64,000 nt of DNA. It comes from Betaproteobacteria bacterium. Lineage in GTDB: Bacteria; Acidobacteriota; Vicinamibacteria; Vicinamibacterales; CAVVIG01. The stretch covers positions 241 through 64,240 of the forward strand of contig JBLMXQ010000028.1 in NCBI GenBank assembly GCA_050257855.1, written 5' to 3'. The notes beneath the pieces are model-generated. The model did no database searches. It was given only the letters and a program-made list of their open reading frames with translations, and was not told where the DNA came from. This document shows positions 1 through 11,400 of this stretch, piece after piece. Position 1 is the stretch's first letter, and each line of letters opens with the position of its first letter. The translations under genes and the position numbers were made by a program.

Positions 1-1
1 G

Positions 2-3000
2 TACCAGATGGTCGCTGCCGACGCGGACAACGATCCGCTGGCCTACTCGCTCACCCAGGCGCCGGACGGGATGACGGTTTCCGCCGGCGGCGTCATTTCG
101 TGGACACCGGCGACGGCCCAGATCGGGTCGCAGAGCGTCGCGGTTACCGTGAGCGACGGCCGCGGCGGCACGACCACCCAGTCGTTCACGGTCGTCGTCG
201 AACCGGGCATTACGGCTATCGACGCGACCCCTGCGCTGCTGCGGTTCTCGAGCGTCGGAGTGGATCGACCGCTGGCCGTGACGGCGCTCCGATCGGACGG
301 CTCGTCGATCGACGTGACTGCCTTGGACACGACCTACGAGTCGAGCAACACGTTCGTCGCGACGGTGAACGGCGGCGGCGCCGTCCACGCGGTCGCGAAC
401 GGAAACGCTACCATCACCGTTCACCACGGCTCTCTCACGGACACGGCCGCGGTGATGGTGGAAACCGGCGTCACGCTCGACTCGCTCGATCTGTCGCCGC
501 CGGCGGAGACGCTTCGCAGCGTTCCGGCATCATACGCGCTCACGCTGCGGGGCCACTTCTCGAACGGCGACGTGCGCGATCTGACCGCCGCGGCCGGCAC
601 CGTGTATCAATCCTCCAATCCGGCCGTCGCGACGGTGGATGCTACCGGACACGTGACCGCGACCGGTCCGGGCGATGCCGCCGTCACGGCCCGGACCGAC
701 ACGCTGACGGCCTCGGCCGCCGTGCACGTGTTCGTGAGCACCGGCGTCGGCTTCCTGCGCGGCGTCGCGTTCGACGATTCGAAGGGTCTTCCCCTCGCCG
801 GCGCGTCAGTCACGCTCGTCGCAGACGGCGGCGGCCCGCTCGCCCCTCCGACGACGACGACGGCCGACGAGCAGGGTCGATTCGCGGTCGAAGGCCGCGC
901 CGGCGACGCGATCGTGCGTATCGAGAAGGCAGGATTCACGAGTGTCGAGCGGAGCGCGCCGATTCCCGAGGGCAGCGCGGCGACACTGCTCGACGCGCGC
1001 CTCACGCCCGTCGACGCCCGGGCGAACACGATCGCGTCGGCCTTCGGCGGCGAGGCCGACGACACGACCCTCGCCTTCAGGCTGACAGTGCCGCCCGGCG
1101 GGCTTGCTGCCAACACGGATCTGCGCCTCACGCCGATCAGCGGTCAGGGTCTGAAGGATCGCCTTCCGTTCGGGTGGTCGCCCGTGGCTGCCGTCGATAT
1201 CTCGCCCGCTGGCCTCACGTTCTCGCAGACCGCATCGCTCGCCGTTCCGAACGCGGCGAGCCTCGCGGCGGGCGCCGGCGTCGTCGTCGCCACGTACGAT
1301 ACGTCGCGGCACGCCTGGATCGCCGTCGGAACCGCGCAGGTCAGCGGCGACGGCCGGTCGATCGTCGTGCCGCTCGCCGCCACCGGCCAGATCGCATGTG
1401 TCGCCGCCGACGACGCACCGTTCACGCCGGCCACACCTGCGATCGGCGACGTGCTGGGCGGCAGTCCGGGCGTCGCCCTGCCGGCTGATATCACGGCGAC
1501 CGGCACGGTCGTTCCCCGGTCCGCCCCGCCCGGGGACAAGGCGCGAGCGGTGGGACGGGTGCTGCTGCGCTCCACGGCCCCCCTGCCGAGCGGCACGGTC
1601 CTTCGCGCCAGCGTGACCGAGCGATTCGATCTGGCTGACCAGTCGCAGATCGTCCCGCAGCCGTTTGGGGAAGACATCGTTCTCTATTCGCGCGGACGGC
1701 CCACCGGTGACGGCATCCTGGGCGCCAGCTTCCCGATTACGCCTTCGCGGAGCTTCACGATCCAGGAACTGCTCACCGGTGTGGTGTCGGTCGACGTCAA
1801 CCCGCCGGCCGCCGGGACGACAGCGACGATCCTCGGAGCGGCGGGCGGCACAATCACGAATGCTTCGGGCGACACGCTGGAGATCCCGGCGTCGGCCCTC
1901 GCAGGCGATACGGTGTCCCAGCTTCGGCGCGAGGACGATCAGACGATTCTGCCGGTCCCGTCCGGATTCGACCTCGTGGCAGCGCTCTACGTGGACCTTG
2001 CCGGCGCCACGCTGGCACAGCCGGCGCGGCTCTCGATTGCCGCGCCCTCATCCGTTCAGCCGGGCGATCAGCTGCTTCTGGCGCTCGTCTTCCAGGACCC
2101 GGCCGGAACGCTTCGGCTCCGCATCGTCGGCGTCGGCGCCTTCGACGCCGGACGTATCGCGAGCGTGACCGGTGTTGGCACCCTCGGTTTCCAGGGCGTG
2201 ACAGCCGGCGGTCACTATCTCTTCCTCCGATCGCAACAGCCGGTCGGCTTCCTGGCTGGACGAGTCCTCGGGACCGACGGCACGACGCCGAAGGCGCAGA
2301 CGCTGGTTACTGCCGATACGACACCCTTCGCCGACGCCAGTTCAGCGAGCGGCGCATTCGTTGTCGCCGGGCTCGTCGGCGCCGACACCGCGCTCCGCGC
2401 GCTGGACACCCTGACGCATGATGCTGCGGCGCGGACGGTACACGTGAACACGCGCGACGAGGTCGTGGCGAGCGACGTCACGCTCGCCGTCACTGCGCTG
2501 ACGGTCATCTCCACCGCTCCAGCGGCGAATGCGACGAACGTGGCGCTCGATACCTCGCTCAGCATCGATTTCTCGGACGCGCTCGATCCGGCGAGCATCA
2601 GCGACGCGAGCGCCGCGCTGCAGACCGGCGGCGCCCCGGTCGCGATCCAGCAGACCCTTTCGTCCGATCGCCGCCGCCTCGTGATTCGTCCCTCGGCGCC
2701 GCTCCAGGGGAAATCGACGTACTCGCTGGCGCTCGCCGGCTTGAAGACGACGACCGGCCGGCCGCTCACCGGGTTCACCGCGCTCACGTTCACGACGCTC
2801 GATCCCTCCAGGCCGGCAGTCATCGATTCAGGGATCATCACCGCCGATCTGCCGGACCAGGACGGCTTCGTGCTGATTACCGGAGGGGCCGGCGCCGCGG
2901 AGGCCAGTTCGGCCGTGACGGCGACGAACCTGCGGACGCAGGAGACCGCCACGGTCCTGGCGGACGGCGATGGATCATTCCGCGTTCGAGTGTCCGCGCT

Positions 3001-5119
3001 GATCGGCGACGAGCTGTCGATCGGCCTGAACGACAGCTCCGGACGCGAGGCAACCATCTCGCTCGACCAGCTCAGGGGAGCCGACGGCACGACGACAGTC
3101 AGCGAGCGCGGCGGCAGCATCGCCGGCGCGCACGGCAGGCTCGGAACGATCCTGCCGCGGGCCCTCTCGCAGGCCGGGCTGTTCCGGATCGACGACCTCG
3201 CCGCCGGCGTCGCACTGGCCGCCCTGCCGGCCGGCTTCACATACGTCGATCAGTTCCACTTCTCCGCCGACGCGGCACAGTTCAACAGCCTTTCCGGGCT
3301 CACGCTGGCCGAAAGCCAGAACCGTTTCCCTGCGCAGTCGTCTTCGAGCGCTCCGTTCGTCGCCTCGGGACAGCTCACCGTTCCCGCTGATTTCCTCGTC
3401 AGCGGATCGCTGCGCTTCACGGCGACCGCCGTCGATCGGGGCGGCATCCGCCGATCGGCGTCGTCGTCGGTGGTCGTGGTGGCCTCGGGCGCCGATGGTT
3501 CGTCTGCGGAGAGCAGCCAGGCGGCCGACTTCCCGACTGTCTTCGTCGTGGCACCGAAGCAGGCCGTGCCGGGTCAGGCAGTGGAGACGAGCGCGGTCGC
3601 CCCGGCGGCGCGCGTCGATCTCGAGATCCCGGCGCCGGCAGGTCTCGATCCGGCAGCCACGCTGCTGCTCGTTCGGAGCACCACGGTCGACAATCAGCCG
3701 AAGCTGCTCGTCCTCGACGCGTTCAGCATCGTCGTGCGGGACGGCGTCACGCTGCTGCGCACGAGCGGCCGCGAGTTGCCCGGCATGTCGACGACCGGGG
3801 ACTACGCGGTCGTCGCGTCCAGCGATCCGATCTCGTTCGTGACGGGCCGGCTGAGCGGATCGACCGCCATCGCGTCGCTCGACAATTCACCGTTCGTTTT
3901 CCGGACCGACGGCCCCAATGGTTCGTTCGCCCTGCCGGCGCGGGCGGGACAACCCTTCTCGATCCAGTATCTCGATGCGTCGAGCGGCGCGGTCGTCGGG
4001 ACGTCGAGCGGCAACGCCCCGGCGACCGGCGGCGTCGATCTCGGCCAGCCGCTCGCTCCTCCAGCCTCCGGGCTGACGGTGACCGCCGACCCCGACGCTC
4101 ACGCCATCGTCGACATCGGCGAGCCGCTGACGTTCCACTTCTCCGAGCCTGTCGACGGACGCACGCTCGCCGGCGGCATCGTCGTGACCGACGGCGCCGG
4201 CGCACGCGCGATCGGATCGATCACCCTTGCCTCCGACGGGGCCACCGCAACCTTCAAGCCCTCGAGGCGCTGGAAATTCGGAACGACTTACCGCTGGGGC
4301 GTTGCGACCAGCGTGGTCGCCGTCTCTGGCGTGCACCAGACGCAGGCGGCCGCCGGCGCCTTCACGACGTTCGCGCCCACGGTCGTCGGCACGGCGGCGA
4401 TCGGAGCGGCGCACGACGTCGCGGTTGCCGGCGCGCTCGCCGTTGCCGCTACTGACGCCGGCCTGCTCACGATCGACGTGTCGTCACCGCTGGCGCCGGC
4501 GGTGCAGGGCCAGGTGCCGCTCGACGGCGGCGCGCATGGCGTCGCGCTGCTGCCCTCCACGACGTTCACCGATCGGCTGAATCAGACGCACGCCGGGACG
4601 TTCGCGACCGTCGCCGACGGCGGCGCCGCCGGCACCGGTCGCCTCGACGTCATCGACGTGACGACGGCGGCCGCGCCGGTCGGAATCGGATCAGCTCGCG
4701 TGAGTGCGAGCGGCGGCACGCCGAGTGCGGTCGCCCTCACCTCCGATCAGCGGGCGCTGGTCGGAATACAGGGCGTCGGCGTGGCAGCGGTCGGGATCGC
4801 CGGCGCCGTCCCGGCCGACTCGGGCAATCCCGCGAGCCCTGTCGCAGCCCGCTATCCATCCGGGGCGAACGAAGACATCAATCAGGCCGCCGTGCTCGGC
4901 GAACGCGTGCTGACGGCCGGCGCCGCCGGGCTGACCGTGCTGGACGCCGCGACGCTCACGCGAAGGGGCGGCGCGTCGACGGCCGGAAACGCTCAGGGCG
5001 TCGCCGTTCTCCCGGCGTTCTCGATGGACGTGAACGGCGACGGTACGATCGACGCTGCCGCGGAGACGTTCGATCTCGCCCTCGTCGCGAACGGCGCCGA
5101 TGGTGCGCTGCAGTTCTAG
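2..5119 (+). CDS. giant extracellular repeat protein, N-terminus cut by the window edge (1705 codons visible)
   Basis: The frame is open from the first full codon at nt 2. The ORF-track ATG at 8 is internal, because residues DADNDPLAYSL..GVISWTP already read as mid-domain. By-eye motifs (no HMM run): a cadherin-like/putative-Ig unit; two Big_2-like units (..NTFVATVNGGGAVHAVANGNATITV.., ..NPAVATVDATGHVTATGPGDAAVTA..); CarboxypepD_reg-like units (GFLRGVAFDD.., GFLAGRVLGTDG..); SbsA/Big_5-like units (..STAPAANATNVALDTSLSIDFSDALDP.., ..LTFHFSEPVDGRTL..); then LVIVD-like propeller repeats. Stops at TAG 5117-5119. Confidence 0.85.
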   Translation, partial: YQMVAADADNDPLAYSLTQAPDGMTVSAGGVISWTPATAQIGSQSVAVTVSDGRGGTTTQSFTVVVEPGITAIDATPALLRFSSVGVDRPLAVTALRSDGSSIDVTALDTTYESSNTFVATVNGGGAVHAVANGNATITVHHGSLTDTAAVMVETGVTLDSLDLSPPAETLRSVPASYALTLRGHFSNGDVRDLTAAAGTVYQSSNPAVATVDATGHVTATGPGDAAVTARTDTLTASAAVHVFVSTGVGFLRGVAFDDSKGLPLAGASVTLVADGGGPLAPPTTTTADEQGRFAVEGRAGDAIVRIEKAGFTSVERSAPIPEGSAATLLDARLTPVDARANTIASAFGGEADDTTLAFRLTVPPGGLAANTDLRLTPISGQGLKDRLPFGWSPVAAVDISPAGLTFSQTASLAVPNAASLAAGAGVVVATYDTSRHAWIAVGTAQVSGDGRSIVVPLAATGQIACVAADDAPFTPATPAIGDVLGGSPGVALPADITATGTVVPRSAPPGDKARAVGRVLLRSTAPLPSGTVLRASVTERFDLADQSQIVPQPFGEDIVLYSRGRPTGDGILGASFPITPSRSFTIQELLTGVVSVDVNPPAAGTTATILGAAGGTITNASGDTLEIPASALAGDTVSQLRREDDQTILPVPSGFDLVAALYVDLAGATLAQPARLSIAAPSSVQPGDQLLLALVFQDPAGTLRLRIVGVGAFDAGRIASVTGVGTLGFQGVTAGGHYLFLRSQQPVGFLAGRVLGTDGTTPKAQTLVTADTTPFADASSASGAFVVAGLVGADTALRALDTLTHDAAARTVHVNTRDEVVASDVTLAVTALTVISTAPAANATNVALDTSLSIDFSDALDPASISDASAALQTGGAPVAIQQTLSSDRRRLVIRPSAPLQGKSTYSLALAGLKTTTGRPLTGFTALTFTTLDPSRPAVIDSGIITADLPDQDGFVLITGGAGAAEASSAVTATNLRTQETATVLADGDGSFRVRVSALIGDELSIGLNDSSGREATISLDQLRGADGTTTVSERGGSIAGAHGRLGTILPRALSQAGLFRIDDLAAGVALAALPAGFTYVDQFHFSADAAQFNSLSGLTLAESQNRFPAQSSSSAPFVASGQLTVPADFLVSGSLRFTATAVDRGGIRRSASSSVVVVASGADGSSAESSQAADFPTVFVVAPKQAVPGQAVETSAVAPAARVDLEIPAPAGLDPAATLLLVRSTTVDNQPKLLVLDAFSIVVRDGVTLLRTSGRELPGMSTTGDYAVVASSDPISFVTGRLSGSTAIASLDNSPFVFRTDGPNGSFALPARAGQPFSIQYLDASSGAVVGTSSGNAPATGGVDLGQPLAPPASGLTVTADPDAHAIVDIGEPLTFHFSEPVDGRTLAGGIVVTDGAGARAIGSITLASDGATATFKPSRRWKFGTTYRWGVATSVVAVSGVHQTQAAAGAFTTFAPTVVGTAAIGAAHDVAVAGALAVAATDAGLLTIDVSSPLAPAVQGQVPLDGGAHGVALLPSTTFTDRLNQTHAGTFATVADGGAAGTGRLDVIDVTTAAAPVGIGSARVSASGGTPSAVALTSDQRALVGIQGVGVAAVGIAGAVPADSGNPASPVAARYPSGANEDINQAAVLGERVLTAGAAGLTVLDAATLTRRGGASTAGNAQGVAVLPAFSMDVNGDGTIDAAAETFDLALVANGADGALQF

Positions 5120-5440
5120 CGCGTGCCCGCCATGGGCGATCCCGTGCTGCTGTCCGTCGTGCACTTCACGAGCGAGACGACGAGCGTCGCGCTCGATGCG
5201 AACGAGCGGATCGCGTATGTCGGCCTGGGCGCGCGCGGCGTGGCGCTGGTCGACCTGGACGGCCCCGCCAGCGTGCAGCCGATCGATCTCGATCACGACG
5301 GCGTCGACGATCGGATCCTGGGCGTCATCGACACGCCGGGCAGCGCCGGACGGCTCGCGCTGGCGCTCGACCGGGGACTGGCGTTCGTGGCCGACGCGTC
5401 GGCCGGACTGACGGCCATCCAGCTCCTGCCGCCGCGAACC
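4415..5440 (+). other. LVIVD-like beta-propeller repeat region (about seven repeats) spanning the ORF1/ORF2 boundary; coordinates approximate
   Basis: Repeats read by eye: HDVAVAGALAVAATDAGLLTIDVSSPLAP; HGVALL..ATVADGGAAGTGRLDVIDVTTAAAP; SAVALTSDQRALVGIQGVGVAAVGI; AAVLGERVLTAGAAGLTVLDAATL; QGVAVLP..LALVANGADGALQF[TAG]RVPAMGDPVLL; TSVALDANERIAYVGLGARGVALVDLDGPASV; GRLALALDRGLAFVADASAGLTAIQL. The fifth unit contains the TAG at 5117-5119. Confidence 0.55.
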
Positions 5441-8400
5441 TCGTTCACGAGCCTCGAGCGCGACCCGATCGCGGGCCGCACGGGCGACGAGCAGAGCATC
5501 CTGACGAGCGGCGTCGCCTTCACCTCGGATCAAGCGATCGAGGTCTCGGTCAACGTGGCCGCCTCTTCACGCGACCGTCTCGTGCTGCGGATCGACGAAC
5601 GGCCCGATCCGACGGGCACGCCCCGGCTGTCGTTCGCCGACGGGGCCCTCAGCACGCCGCTCGAGCCAGGACTCAACGCGTTCTCGATGCCGATCGAGCC
5701 CGCGGCCGCGGCCGGCGGCAGCACGGTGGCGCTCGTCGTGCAGACAGTAGCGGGCGCGACCGTCGCGCGGCAGACGTTCCGGTTGGCGCCGTTCGATGCT
5801 TCGACCGCGGCGATTCGATCGCTGGTCGTGGCGCCCGATGCGGTGAGCCTCGATCTGAATCAGCAGTTCGCGCAGCTCTCGATCGCCGGAGTGCTCGACG
5901 ACGGCACGACGATCAACCTGACAGGCGAACCCGCGACCCGGTTCGCCATTTCGAGCGATGCCGTCGCCACGGTGAACGCCAGCGGTCTCGTGCTGGCGAA
6001 CGCGGGCGGCCATGCCATCGTGACGGTCACACACGGCGGGCTGGCCGCAGAGGTGCCGGTGAGCGTCGACCTGCTGGCCGCCGTCGTCGGATTCGAGACG
6101 ACGGAGCCGTTCGTCACGCTGACATCGGCCGGTGACAGAAAACCGCTCTCCATCGACGTGAAGTTGTCGGACGGCGGGCTCGAACCGTTCTCGAGCGGTC
6201 TCGGGACGTTCGAGACGAGCAATCCTTCGGTCGCGACGGTCGACGCTGCCGGCAACGTCGTGGCGGTCGGAGAAGGAACGGCTCTCATTACGGTCCGGTC
6301 CGGAAACGCGGTCGCTGAGGTGCACGTGGCGGTCGAGTTCCGGACGCCCCCGGTCGTCTCCTCGATCGCACTGGCGGCGCCGGCAACTGTTCCAAGCGAC
6401 AGCGGCCAGGCGACGTTGTCGGCTCGCGTGACCGGAACCGGGTCTCTCGAAGGTCTGGCCGTCACGTTCGCGCTGCAAGGGCAGACCGGCGCCTCGTCGA
6501 CCGCACAAACCGATTACGACGGAATCGCCGCCGGGATCCTCCGGGGGCTGCACGCGCCCGGCACGTTCACCGTGCAGGCCTCGGTCGTCAACCCTGCCGA
6601 CGGAACGACGTTGTCGGCTGCAGCGACGGTCACCGTCGAACGCGCAGGCGGGGACATCGAGCCCAATGACACCGTCGCGGGAGCGATCCCGCTCGCCCCC
6701 GACACACCTGTCAGCGGCAACCTCGGCCCGGGTGATCTCGTCGATGTCTACGCCACGACCTCGTCTACGCCTGGCACGCTGACGGCCGCGCTGACGCTGC
6801 CCGTCGACGCGGATCCTGCGTCGCTGCGCGTGGTGTTCCTCGCCGCCGACGGCAGCGAGCTCGCGCGGACGACGCCATCCAGCCATCGCCAGAATTTCAG
6901 GCAGGACGTCGCGGCGGGCAGCGCGTTCGTCGCCGTCGAGTCGACCGGGCCTTCGGCGGCGTATCAGCTCGAGACGCGAATGCTCCAGGGTCCGATCGGC
7001 ATCGCGTCGGTCTCTCCGTTGTCCGGCGGACCGGGTACGCCGGTCGCCATCGTGGGCACCGGTTTTTCGCTCGATCCGACCGAGACCCGGGTCCTCTTCA
7101 ACGGAGCCCTGGCCAAGGTCGTGTCCGCCACGCCGACGCGCATCGATGCGGTCGTCCCGGCCAACGCCATCGACGGCCCCGTCCGCGTCGTGAGCGCTGC
7201 GATGGCGGCTGACGGCCCTGTCTTCACGGCAGGCGCGACGAGCCGCCCGCCGATCACGCTCGCGTCGACCAGGAGCGAGAACCTGCGGTTCGATCCCGTC
7301 GCGCATCTTCTCGTCGACGCCACCCGACTGCTGATCTTTGCGGATCCGGTGGTCGACCGGACGCAGATCGAAGCACTCGTCGGCGGTCTCGGCGGAACGA
7401 TCATCGGAGCGACGCCGGCGCTCAATGCGTACTACGTCGAGTTCGCCGCCAACCAGACGATCGCGGGGCTGGCGGCCATCAGGCGCCAGCTGGCCCAGAG
7501 CCCGCTCGTGCTGCACGTCCTCCGGGATACGTTCGCCACTCCAGCCGGCCAGGCCATCGACCTGCGCGACAAAGCAGGAGTGTGGCCCGGGACGGACCTT
7601 CCCAGAGCGCTTGCGTTCGACCTCTCGAAGATCTTCGAAGCGGTCGACCTGATCCGGAGCACGCGTCCGTTCACGGACAGCACGAAGCTGGCGCCGGTCC
7701 ACGTGGGCGTAATCGACACGGGATTCATGCCGTTCAAGGCCAGCGAATTCCAGGCTCAGGGCCAGACCGTCGTCACGCTCTTCAGGTCGGCAGCCAACGT
7801 CGGCCCGTTCTCCTCCGGCAACCTCGGCCTGATCGATCCCGTCGGGCACGGCACGGAGGTGACTGGGATCATCGCAGCCACGAACGACGGCGTCGGCGCC
7901 AGCGGGGCCCTGAACGACCTCTTCAGGCCTGGCGAAGCGCCGTTCCAGGTGCTCGTGTACGGCGTGGCCGATCCGCTGTCCGGCAGGCTCTCGTCGGCGC
8001 AGATCTTCGCGGCCCTCGCCGCTCTCGCGGCTCGAGGCGATGTCGACGCCGTGAACATGAGCTTCGAAACCAAGTACACCGGCCAAACACCCGAGTTCAC
8101 CGACGACAGTCAGGCGTTCCTCGACGCGTTCGCGTTGTTCGGCGGCCGCACGGCGCTCGTCGCGGCGGCAGGAAACGACGGCGTCGATGCGCAATTCGTC
8201 GTGCCGGCCGCGCTGTCGAAGCGAACCGCCGCAGTCATTACTGTCGGTGCAGTCGCGGTTGCCAACCTCGACGGGAGCGGGGAAGGCGCCGACGCCCGCG
8301 CGATCTTCAACGACACGGGGGGCGACGTCGAGAACGGCGACGTCCCGTGCCGCGCCGGCACCGCGACGCTGGAGTCGAACTGCGGCTCCGTCGTGACGCT

Positions 8401-11400
8401 CGCCGCCGCGGGTGAAGACATCTTCACGACGAGCACCTTCGCACCTGGATATCTCGATGGCGCCGTCGCGGCAGGCACGTCGTTCGCCGCCCCGATCGTC
8501 ACGGCGATCGTCGGGATGCTGCAGGCGATCCGGACGGCGGGCGCTCAGCCGCTGACCGCCGCCTTCATCCGCGATCTCCTCGTCAGCAGCGCCGACGACA
8601 TCTCGGCCACCTGGGGCGCCGGCCCCATGCGGCGTCTCGATGCCTTGAACGCGGTCCGCGCCGTTCTGCCGCCATCCGGGACGCAGATGATCTACGTGGC
8701 CGATCAGGACGCCGTCAACGACAACGGTCTGCCGCCCGGGCGGATTATCGGCATCGACGTCGACCCGAAGACGGGCCAGCCGATTCTTCCGCCGAATCAC
8801 AAGGTGATCCCGCTGACGTTCACGAAGAACGGCATCACGTTTACCGGGGCCCGCCCCACCGCGCTCGCAATCTCGCCGTCCGGCGAGAAGTTCTATGCGG
8901 TCGTCCGGAGCGTTGCACCGGATCTCGGCGACGGCGTGCTCGTCGTCAATACGCTGAGCAACGAGGCGGAAGACTTCATCCCCTTCTCCGGGGTGGCGTT
9001 TGCCGCTCCCGCGGGCGGCGCCCCGCCCGGATCGGGCGCGCCGGTCCTGCTCTCGAACCTGCGGCCCGGAATGGTGTTCTCGAAGGACGGGCGCCTGCTC
9101 TACGTCGCCGTCGGCACCGGCATCGCGATCGTCAACACGACCGAAGAGAAGCTGGTTCGATCGTTCGCCGACCTGCCGGCGGCGTTCAAGACGCTCGCGG
9201 CCGGGCAGTTGCCGGATCTCGCGTGGCGACAGAGCGCCGTTGCCGTGGCCGTGGCCGCCGGAATCAACACGACGCAGGGCCACCGGCCGGGTGTGGCCAT
9301 CAATGGCCTCACGCTGTCACCAGACGGGCGAACGCTGTTCGCCGTCGTCAGCACCGGTGGTGGCGGCGGTACGCAGCCCGGCGGCGTGATCCCCATCGAT
9401 GTCGATCTGTACAAGGATGCCAGGCCCGACGTCGCCGGCCTGCAGTCGGATCTGAGCGGTTACTTCACGCCGATCGGCACGACCGGGGTCGTGCCGATGT
9501 CGAGCGCGGGTGATACCGCCGGCGGTGACGAGCCCGGAGCGGCGGCGGTCAGCGGAAACGGCAAGCATCTCTATCTGGTCAACGGCGGCCTCGACTTCTT
9601 CGAGGCGATTCCTCCGGCCGATCTCGATCTGGCGAAGTACGGGATTCTGCTCGCCGGTCCCGCAGCCATCTCGTTCGGCGGCTCAGGTCTCGCTGGACTG
9701 CTGGCGACGATCGGCGGCTTTGGAAGCCTGGAAAGCTCGCTGTACGCGCAACTGCTCGCCGACATCAAGGCGCAGGCCTCGAGCGGCGTGACGTTCATCG
9801 GCGCGCCGGGCTTCTCCGGGGTGTTCGACCTGCAGCCCGGGACGGCGCAGGCTCCGCCCTCGCTCACCCAGTCGTGGCTGTTCCCGAGCGAGGTCTCGTT
9901 CGGCTGGAACCCGAACGTCGCCGGTCAGGCGCTCGTCGTGAACCAGTTCCACATCAAGGGCGTTTTCGCGAGGCGGCCGTTCGACATCGCCATGCGGCCG
10001 GACGGCAGGCGCGCGGTCGTGCCGTTCTTCCAGACGGGGAACGTCGGCATCCTCGATCTCGAGCGGCAGGCGCAGTTCCTGTCGCCGCCGGGCGCGACGC
10101 CGAAGCCGGCATTCTCGGGCGTCGCGCCGGATCTGTTCCAGGGCGTGGTGGCCGTCACGCCGGCGCTCGCGCTGGACAACCAGCTCTGGCCGCAGCGCGG
10201 CGCCTTCAAGATTGCCGGCACGCCGAACTACGTTCCCAGCCCGGACGAGAGCCTGCTCTTCACGTGGGACGCCGAGTACGCGCAGAACGGACGCTTCTCG
10301 GTCGCGTCGCACGCCGGCAACGGCGACCCGCGGACTGTGACGGCGCCGATACCGGACTTCGTCACGAACACCGACAATCGCTTCAGGCTGACCGAACTCG
10401 GCGCCACCTTCAACGGCAACAGCGTCTCGTGGGTCGAGCACGGGCAGACCATCAGCGGCAGCATCGGCGACACCGTCTCGCTGCAGCGCGGCGGCGGCGC
10501 GATCAGCATCACCAGCGACGCGGCGATCGACGCCGACTTCAACGCGCACATCGGCTCGACGACCGTCGACCAGGACAATCAGGTGCGCCCCTACTACTCG
10601 GGGCTGCCGGTCGCCGGGGCCGTGACCAATCTCGACGTCTACACGCCGGGAACCGCGACCCCGGTCGCCTTCCATCGGCCGCGTGGCATCGCCATCCAGC
10701 CGTTCGTCGGCATCGAAGTGCCGCGGTTCGGCGATCACGTCACGGCCCATGAACCGGTCGGCGTCGTGTGGCGTGACGCGCGCGTCCAGCGTGTTCGCTT
10801 CGAGCTCGGCGATCCGGACGCGCAGGACTCCTTCGGCCAGGCCGCCACGCTCAACACGTTCTCCGAGGTGCTGTCCGACGAGGCCGCTCGCGAACGTGCG
10901 TTCGACCTGACGTTCGGCGCCCTGTTCGCGCCGGGCACGCAGGCCGCGCAGGGCAAGCGCTACCGCATCACCGCCGAGATCCTCGACGGATCGAGCGACG
11001 AGATCTCGCGAACGTCCATCGACGTCACGTTCGACGACGCGCAGAAGCCAATCGACACGACGACGAACGCGGACAAGCTGCAGCTGACCCCCCGCCTGAA
11101 CTTCTTCGTCACGGCGCCGACGAGCGGACCCGGCAAGCCGCTGAAGCTCGTTCTGATCCCGGCCGACGGCGGTCCGCCGCAGGACGTGACGGCGCAGGCG
11201 ACGTTCCAGACCATCGACCACGGCCTGTTGAAGACCGACATCCCCGGCTTCGGCACGATGGAGGACGCTATCTTCAGCAAACTGGAAGCGAACGGCGTGA
11301 CCGTCCCCTTCCGAATCGCGGACGTGGCCGTCGACAACGGCAGCCTGAAGGCGATTTCCGGCGGCGTGCAGGCGGTCGAAGGGTGCATCACGGTCGGCGC

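Noticed and set aside
5117-5119. TAG recoding (for example pyrrolysine or an alternative genetic code) as the explanation for the in-frame TAG.
   Set aside because: TAG is the evident terminator of many well-supported genes here (ORF2, the HlyD adaptor, both ATPases, the NtrC-type activator, the kinase, the MgtC-like gene, the M14 peptidase). No pyl genes are seen.
5567-9283. Very long antisense or alternative-frame ORFs. Examples: 5567-9283 minus (1238 aa), 9683-12349 minus (888 aa), 16881-19892 minus (1003 aa), 48202-51636 minus (1144 aa), 25902-28094 minus (730 aa), 54592-59001 plus (1469 aa), 100-1488 plus.
   Set aside because: Their translations are Arg/Gly/Asp/Pro-rich low-complexity strings with no motifs. 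They overlap ORFs that have clear domain signatures. Long stop-free shadow frames are expected in DNA this GC-rich, because stop codons are AT-rich.
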